This document shows, one piece after another, positions 47,901 through 56,900 of a stretch of 64,000 nt of DNA. The DNA is from a virus, in IMG/VR virus record IMGVR_UViG_3300042197_002946, positions 1 through 64,000 of that record; one strand, written 5' to 3'. Numbering within the stretch: the stretch's first letter is position 1; every line of letters starts with the position of its first letter. The notes under the pieces were generated by a model. It was not told where the DNA came from. It saw only the letters and a program-made list of their open reading frames with translations, and did not search any database. Both the position numbers and the translations under genes were made by a program.

Positions 47901-50900
47901 AGAAGTTGAGAGAGCCATTAAGGCTGTGGGTATTAGCAGAATAGACCCAAAGAAGATGGAAGATCCAGAGTATGCTGCTAAAGTGCAAGTTTTAGAAGAG
48001 TTAAGATCACAAAGAGATAAGATTAAAAGATCAGCAGCTTTTGAGCCATACAGATTATTAGATAAATTAGCAGCTTCACAACCAGAACAATACGCTCTTG
48101 ATTTTAGTCAATCTCAGATAGCAACACCAGCGCCAGTACGTACAGTTAAAGACAGAGCCATGGCAGCAGTTGCAGCAGAAACCTCATCGTTGACATCGGT
48201 GTCTTCTGGGGATGCTGGTATCGGTACGGGACAATCCTTATTAGATAATTTGGCCACTAGACTTAAAGCACTAGGAGGAGAATCTGGTCTAAAAGCACTT
48301 CTCAAAGAAGTTGGAGAAGGTATTCCTTTGAATTTACAGAAACAATTACGCACAGACCAGATCAAACGGGGTGTTCTAGATACTGCTCGTGTTACTGGTC
48401 TTATTGAAAAAGCCGAAGAGAGACAGAGACAGAAAAAAGCTGAAAGAGAAGGCACAAGACATGTGGCTATGGCTGGACTACAGCCGTTAGATTATAGCTG
48501 GGACCCTGAATGGGAACTTGCTGATGGACGCAAATATATTGCTACTATTAGAGGATTTAAAAGCTCATATTTACAAGATATACAAAGATTTAGAGATAGA
48601 CAAAAAGCAGCCGCACTAGAATTTGGTAAAGATACAACAGCTACCGAGGCACTAGATCTATTAGGACAAAACACAGTACAAGGACCATCACGACCTCTGG
48701 CTATAGATTTTGATGAGACGTTAGCATTTGGCACAAAAATGTTAGACTCATCAGGTCAAGAAGATATCAGCGCTTATTATGATGAAGCCAGAGTGCGAGA
48801 GGTTTTATCTAAAGCAACACCCACAAGATTAGCACAAAGATTATTAGAGATAGAGAAAGATCAACCTGGTACTGTCAGAGCATATACACGAGTATTAACC
48901 GCACGAGCAGAATCATTAAAGCATTTAGTAACAGAAACACTGAATCGGTTCGGATTACCATATACTGATAGCGATATTACTGGAGTAGGACAAAGGGGAG
49001 ACAACGATAGAGCGATAGCTCGTAAAAAAGCCGATAATCTTAGCACAATAGAAAGATTTATTGACGATAATGAAAAGAACATCTCTGCTGCACAACAAAA
49101 AGGCATACAGTCTTACAGATACTCGGAACCTAAAGCTTTTGAGAATGCCTCCGACTATGAACCTTTTGGCGCTGGTAATATTGAGGGAGCTTTATTAGAA
49201 CAAACTTTGGCTATGAAAATTGGTCGGCCTATAGATTTTGAAGCTCTTGAACAAAATCGTGCTTTAGATTTTCCTAATGGTCTTGGAGCTGCTGCGTCGT
49301 TGTTTGGGCTACCACCCAATATAGAAACAGAAGTTAAGCGCACACTAAATAAGGATAGTTTTACAAAAGCTCGTAGTGAATTCAACAGATACTTTAAAGA
49401 AAATCCCGATAAGTATAATGCTGGTGGGGTTGCAGGATTTGCCGACGGAGGAACTGTACCAGCATTAGTTAGTAACGGAGAAGCTTATGTTCCTCCAAAA
49501 CTTGCTAAAAAAATAGGTTATGGCAAGCTAAACAGAATGAATCAAGCTGACCGTAATGGCATGGGTCGCTTCGCTGATGGGGGCATTAGCGTATTTAAAG
49601 GTCCAGGCAGTGGCACTAGCGATAGTATTCCAACCAGTTTACCAGTAGGAAGTTTCGTTATTAGAGCAAAGGCCACCAAGGCTTTGGGTCTTAATAGAGG
49701 AGGTAGCGTAGGAGTTACATCGCCTCAAAGATTTGAAATGGGCGGAGAAGTACTAACGGCCGCCGAAATGCAAAGACTAGAGTTGGACATGCGTAAAGTT
49801 TTTGAGTCTTTACCTGAACAATTACGAGACTCTATACGCAATTTAGACTTGCCGGATGTTGATACCAGCACATGGAATACCATAGATATTTCTTTAAGAA
49901 AAGTTTTCTTATCAGTAAATAGAAATGTTGATACTCTAGGTAAGGATGTTGTTGAGGCTATGAGAGCCATGACAACTGCTGGTCAAAATGCTTTGCAAAG
50001 TATCGATTTAGATAGAGTGCGCACTAGACAGTCGGAGATAGCTAGTGACAGAGGATATACTCAAGTAGATAAAGATAGGATGAAAGCAGATGTTTCCTTA
50101 GCTAAAGATGCTAGAGGAGCGGTATCAGATCGTAAAAGAAAAAATAGAGAACGACAGGAACAAGGAAAAGCTCCATTTCCGATGTTGGATTTGATGGAGA
50201 TGATGAGATCATCTGTTGGTAGATCTCCAGACCCTATCAGTGTCACTGCCGCTACTCCAGTTCCAGAAGTACAGTCACCATCAAGAGATGCTGAATATTA
50301 TCGTCAGCGCATGAATTATAGTGATGTGTCTGGAAATAAAAATACCCCTATTAGTGATAGAGGCATGGCATATGCTGGAGAATTGACTAAACAAGATGAC
50401 TCTAAAGTTGATGCTCTAGTTAAACAAATGAGAGATATGTTTTCTTCTGCTATGGCTGGGATAGGACAAACTCCGAGCGCTGCTGGACAGAGTGAGAGCT
50501 GGGCAACATGGGATATTGGTAAACAATTATTCATGAATCAGAATCCAGATCAAAGTTCTGACAAGTACCAACTTGGTAATCCTATGCAAGATCCTAAGCT
50601 AGTACTACAAATGGTACAACGCATGGTGGGTTATGAGGTTAGTGGTGGTGGGCAAAGAGAAGGGAAAGCCAACAACATACCATCTTTTGAATTAGTAGAA
50701 ATTGGCGCCAAAGCAATGGCTGAAAGTTTAGGTAAAAACCAAGCAGCTTTGGATGCGTTTTTGAGCTTAGTGAGCGGTATAACCGTAGACGATATTGTCG
50801 GACCAGCATCACCAGGAGCGCCAACGTCACCAACGCCACCAACAGCACCAATTCCACCCACTCCTCCGACTCCTCCATCTGGAGGCTCTCCACCTTCAGG

Positions 50901-53900
50901 TGGCGGAAGTCCTCCAGTTCCTCCGAGTAGTCCTCCTTCTGGCGACACTGAGGCTATGATTCAACGATATATGATGGAGCTTGAAACTGCTGCAAAAGCA
51001 ACTAAGCTACAAACATATCAGACAGAAAGACTAGCCGGAGCTACTGCTTCTGAAGCTAAGGCACGAGCAGACGCAGCCGCTTTCGCAGCCTATCAAGCAT
51101 TAGCTCAACAAAGACTAACAACAGCAACTACTGAAGAAGCTTCAGCAATCAATGAGGCTAGAAGTAGAATGGCTGCTACCAGAGGAGGAGCTACGGTTAC
51201 TGCTCAAGAATTTACCCCAGTAGCGCAATCTTTGAGCAGAGGAGGAGCCCCGGCACCAGACACTACAGACTACAGAAAACTAGCTCAAGACAATATTCAA
51301 GCATTGCAAGAAATGAATACTAGCGCATTAGCTTGGGCTGGAGGATCAGTCCTTGCCATTAAGGGACTAAGTGGGTTGGTAGGATCTTCCACTGCTTTAG
51401 GTAGCGCACTAGATGGAGTTTCCAATAGTGTTGGCAATACCCAAGCATTATTTTTAGGATTTAATAAGGTTCTTCGATTTGCATCAGAGATAGGAGTATC
51501 CGAAGAAGCATCCAAGAAAATAGAGGACTTTTCTGCCAAATTAATAGATGCTGGTCGTATGGTAAATAATTGGGCAGCTAAATTACCGGATGGACTATTT
51601 AAAAATTTAGCATCCAAATTAGGGGGAGGTATAGATTTGGGTGGAGGTCAATTAGGTAAACTAGGAGCTAAATTACCACAAGTTATTAGCAGTGTTACAT
51701 CATCGCTAACGGCTATTATGCCAACAGCTCAATTAGTTGTTGGTGGTCTCAATGCGGCAGCACAAGCGTTTATTGCTTATACTGATGCTATTCGAAATAA
51801 TAAAGTAGAGAATGCTACCAAAGCTTTGGATACTAGTTTAAAAAATGCCAGCAGTGCTTTGGATCTATATAATAAAAATACAGTAGATAATGCTAATCAG
51901 CTATCAGTAATGAATGCTGAGATTGGTAGAGCAGCCGCAGCAGCTAAAACTTTAGCAGACATAGATAAAACCAATCAAAAATGGAGTACTACTAATCTTA
52001 TTGGCGAAACACTAGCGATGGGTGGAGGAGGAGCAGAAAGCCGAGCCCAACGAGCAGAAATTTTGGACAAGAAAGGAACTATGGCATACGTTGGGTCACT
52101 ATTAGATTTTACAGGAGGTACTCAACAAAGATATTCCCAAGAATTAGCTCCACAGCAAGCTATCAAATCTTCTGAACAGTTCGCCAAGGTTGCCACTCTT
52201 ATTCAGCAGCAAAATCAAGCTAGATTTAAGGCTGGTGAAAGTTCATCAGATATTATGAATAGTCCTGAATGGGCACAACAAGCAGAAGTGATCGCAAGAG
52301 CTAATGCTGCTACAGAAGAAAGGCTACGATTAATAGATGCTGATATAAGCTTGTCTAAATCAGCTAGAGAAGCACGAAAGCAAGAATTGATACAATTCGC
52401 AGCAGCGGGAGCGGTAAGAAGTCAAGAAATTCAAGCCATTAGACAGGCAAATAATGACAGAGCCAATCAGGAGAGCGGAGCCCTCCTATACAGCTTAGAG
52501 CGAATGTTGAACAATATGGAACAGAGCATCAGTTCTGTAACATATTCATTAAGTAAGCTTGCCGATCAAACAGATTTACTTAGATCGTCTATGACGGGAG
52601 AGGCCAAAATAGGGTCTTCAAGAGTGGATGCTATTAATGTTTTACAAAATCCCAATGTATCTAGCGATGTAGAAAGAGCACAAGCATCTAAGACAGCTTC
52701 TCAGTTTTTTGGTGCTCAAGGGAAAGATATTGAGGGATTATTAAATTTTGGTCCTAAATTAGAAGAAACTATTTTGTCTTCCATCAATAGAACAGTTAAA
52801 GAAGATCCCAATGCTGGAAGCGGCAAAATCGAGGCTAGAATATCACAGAATTTGGAAAAAGAATTAGGCAAGCTAAATATTGATGCTGGACTTAGACAAG
52901 TTGTATCTAAACAAATGGCAGGATCCATCACTGACTCTAGAACAAAGGGTGATGATAAAACAGACTTTAAGACTCTTTTCAGTGAAACGGCAGCATTTGG
53001 AAAGATTGTTCAGTCAACTAAGAGAGCACAAGAAGCTGCTGTGAAAGCTTTAGAATTCTATCAGCAGTCAGTAAATAACTATGCTCAGTCAATGAATGAG
53101 ATGGTTAGTTTACAAATATCGTCTAACGAAAAATTTAGAAGAGCATCAGATATTCGTGCTCGTGGAGAGTTAGATCTAGCTAAAACTTTAGGAAAGAGCG
53201 TTTCATTCGAAAAATCAAAACAAGTGGCACAAGCTGGAGTTATCAGTCAAGCAGGCACAGCTGACCCAACAGCAATCTTTAATAATATAGGTCGTTTGGA
53301 ACAAGTTAGACAAAGTCAACAAGGAGCCTTAAACTCAGCAGTTCAAGGAGGACCACGTAATCAAAAAGATATAATAGCTTTCAATAGAGAGTTAGCTTCT
53401 ACAACAATGGGACTTAGAGAAAACTATGCCGCACTCAAGGGATTAGCAGAGAGTACGGAAGTAGCGCAAGCTGCTATGACCAAAATTGGAGAATTAAAAG
53501 CTAAAAATGAAGCAGGTCTTAATATTCTAGAAAGATTCGTAACATCTTCTCCAAAAGATCAAGCTAAATTAAGTGGCGCTTTTGAACGTTTAGATCGTAA
53601 TATGAATGGTCAAATTAATAATATGTGGGATTCTGCAAGAGTGCAAGAAGCATACAATGAAGCGCTACAAAGTGGCGCTAGTATGCAAGAAGCCCAAGAT
53701 GCAGCAGATTCGGCAGCTGCACAAGATAGAGGGGATACTCTAGAAGCGTTCAGAATGTTGGCTCCTATGCTTGGAGAAAATCAAAACGAATTAAAAGCCA
53801 ATATGCTTGAATCTATGATGAGAGAGTCTGGTACTGAAACCAGCCCAATGTTTAGTAAGGTTATCGAAGGACTCAGAAATCCCGAGCAAGATCCCCAGAT

Positions 53901-56900
53901 GGCAGAAGCTATCAATCAATACAAACAGGCTATCGAATTGCAGTCTCAAGCTAATCGTTACTTAGCTATGTTAGACGGTAGATTAGCTATAGACATTGGA
54001 CAGCAGTCTCAAGCAGCCTTTACTAACGCACTAAATGGTGTTGGTCAAGCTTTCGCTAATACCAATACAGCAGACATGGCTAAGGGTATTCAGCAATTAA
54101 ACGATCATCTCAGAGGCGGAGTTACCAAAGTTACAAATGTTGGCGGAGGTGGAGCCCTGCCTTTTGCTAGAGGAGGTAAGGTTGAATACCGAGCTGTTGG
54201 TGGGTCTATCTTCCAACCAAAAGGAACTGATACAGTACCAGCTATGTTAACTCCGGGAGAATTCGTAGTCAATAAGAGAGCCGCTTCTGCTAACAAAGGA
54301 ATTTTAACAGCTATTAATAATGGATACTCTAAAGGAGGTAGTGTCAAATATCTTGCTGAAGGCGGCTGGGTATCTGATATGTTAACTCCTGAAACCGATA
54401 GGTTCGGAGACGCTAAACCAGGGGAACTATATACCAAATGGGATGATTTTTCTAAGTTTGCCTCTGGCAATGATGTAAAAGCCAATATAGAAAAAATTAA
54501 AGCTAATAGTAAAGATATTTACTTTTATAAACCACACTCTTACCCAACATTCTCTGCTAGAGAAACTGAGAGTTCAGAATTGTTGTCTCAATTGAAATCT
54601 GGCATGGATGGAGATAATTCCTTTTTTGGTTTTCTTCCAGACTTTAGTATGAGTTTACTGAATACCGCAGGGAATATTATTGGAGCAACAGCACAAGGAG
54701 TTGGCACAGGGGCTGTGGGAGGCGCTGCTATGGCAGCTAATCCGGCTCAATTTGTATCTGCTACTGCTGCTGGTAATTTTTCACAAGGACAAAATACTGC
54801 CGGAGCTTTGTTGGGTAATGGTAAATTAGGAACAGCTGCGAGCTGGATATGGGAAGCTATGAAGTTTGTCCCAGGTTTAGGTGGAGTTGTTTCTGGTATA
54901 GACGCTTTTAAGAAATTAGTTTTTGATTATGATCTGATCGGTGGAGCACTAGAAGCCGTTAATGCTGTGTTCTCTCTAATACCATTTCCTGGAGCTGGCT
55001 TGCTTGGCAAGGGAATAAGTAAAGGATTGGGATGGATGATGAAAATTTTTGGAAAAGGTAGAGTAGCCACAATGGGTAAAACCTGGATACCTAAATTAAT
55101 AGAAGCCACTGGCGCAACAAGACTAATGAATACAGTAAAAGGATGGCTAGGTCAGGGGCCTGCTAATTTAGTGGAAAAATTACTACCAGATGTTGTTAAG
55201 AAAAAGCTTGGTCTAAATTTAGCTGGGGCTGGTAAATCTGGCGCAACGTTGGCTAGAGAAGGCATTGAACAAATGTCTCCTGATGTTTTGGATGCCTATA
55301 AAGCATATAGAAAAGCAGGAATGGCGGCTGATGAAGCTTTGGCTAGAGCTAAAGGCAGACTGAATTATGTGGGATCATCAACTAGCGGTATGCAAGCTTC
55401 GGCAGCACAAGCAGCAGCTAGAAATGCTAGCGATGCTGGGCTTGCTGGTAGAGCTACAATTAATGATATGGCCGCTAGGGCTGTCACAGGATCAGCATAC
55501 GGAGCCGGGGCTATGGGTACCGCCGCCGCTGGTACTGCATATATGCAGGGTCGAACACCCAGCGCAACCATGAGCGGGGCAGATAAACTGAAAAGTATCA
55601 CAGAAGCTCTTGGATTCAAGATCCCAGATCAGTTCAGAAGTCCAGAGACAACATCAAAAATCTTTGATGAAAATTTAGATAATTTAGCTCTGTCGGAGGC
55701 ACAGATGCAGTTATCTGCTGTTGAAATGTGGATCAAGGCTATAGATGAGGCTAATAAATGGTCAGAGACCAATAAGCCACCCAAAGCAAAGGCTTCGTAT
55801 TCCAATGGTTCTTATAATTTTACATCTGAACCAGTAAATAAAAAAGAGTATATGTATGCCACTATTGGAGAAGCACTAAGTACAGATGCTATCATGGGTG
55901 ATTTGAAACCCAATATAATTAAATTCTACAAGAGCGGTAATCCTACTTTATCTAATAGTCCAGACACCAATCAAATCAGCGCAGCTGCCGAGAGTTTCAT
56001 CAAGTCACAAGGTCGAGATTTTGATCAGTTATTAAGTACAGATAACTATAATAGATTTCAAGACATTAACAGTATCAAAGACTATTTACAAGATTACTAT
56101 GATAGTTTAAGAGAAATTAACACTGCAACCACGACACCAGAAAAATATAACTCCGCACACTGGAGTCCTGCTCAACCATCTAAACAAAAAGAAGGCAGAA
56201 TCTCCTCTATCTTAGGGTCTTTGCAGGCCGGTACTAGATATAGCTATGATTTTAAGAAATCTGAATTAGCCAAAGTCAGTGATTTCCAATGGGGGTCATC
56301 CGCACCAGCACCCGCTAAGGATGGAGAAAAACCCGCAGAATCCAAAGATACTGGAGATGTATTAACCGTTTATGGTACCGAAATGAGGGCGATTTGGTCA
56401 AATATTAGAGATGCTGAAGATGAAACTATCAAAGAGGCCATAAAGAATAAAAATATATGGGATGGAAAAGCAGAGAACGCTTTTAGAATTTACAAACAGG
56501 GATCATCTCCTGATCAATATGATCCTCTACCATGGACAACCAATCCGTCTTTAATTACAGCTGGAATGAGACAATTAGCTCAACAGTCTACGGAAGATAA
56601 TATAGCAAGTACTATAGGATTAAAAATGGGAACAGTGTCTCGTTTTGATAAAGTCATCGACCTGCCGAAAGCAAAAAGAGAACTACCAGTAAGCTTTAGC
56701 TACCAACCCTTCCAACAAATCCCACTATTAGATCCAGCGACTACAGATATTGATAGTGCTGTTAATCAATTTTTACCAGGAGCAACTTCAACAGAACCTA
56801 GTCCCACCCCTGTTCCTGGTGTGTTTATTAAATACAGAGCTACCGAAGCGGCAGACCCAACCCTCAGCCCATTCTCATCAATGGCTCCTGGGGCAGATAA

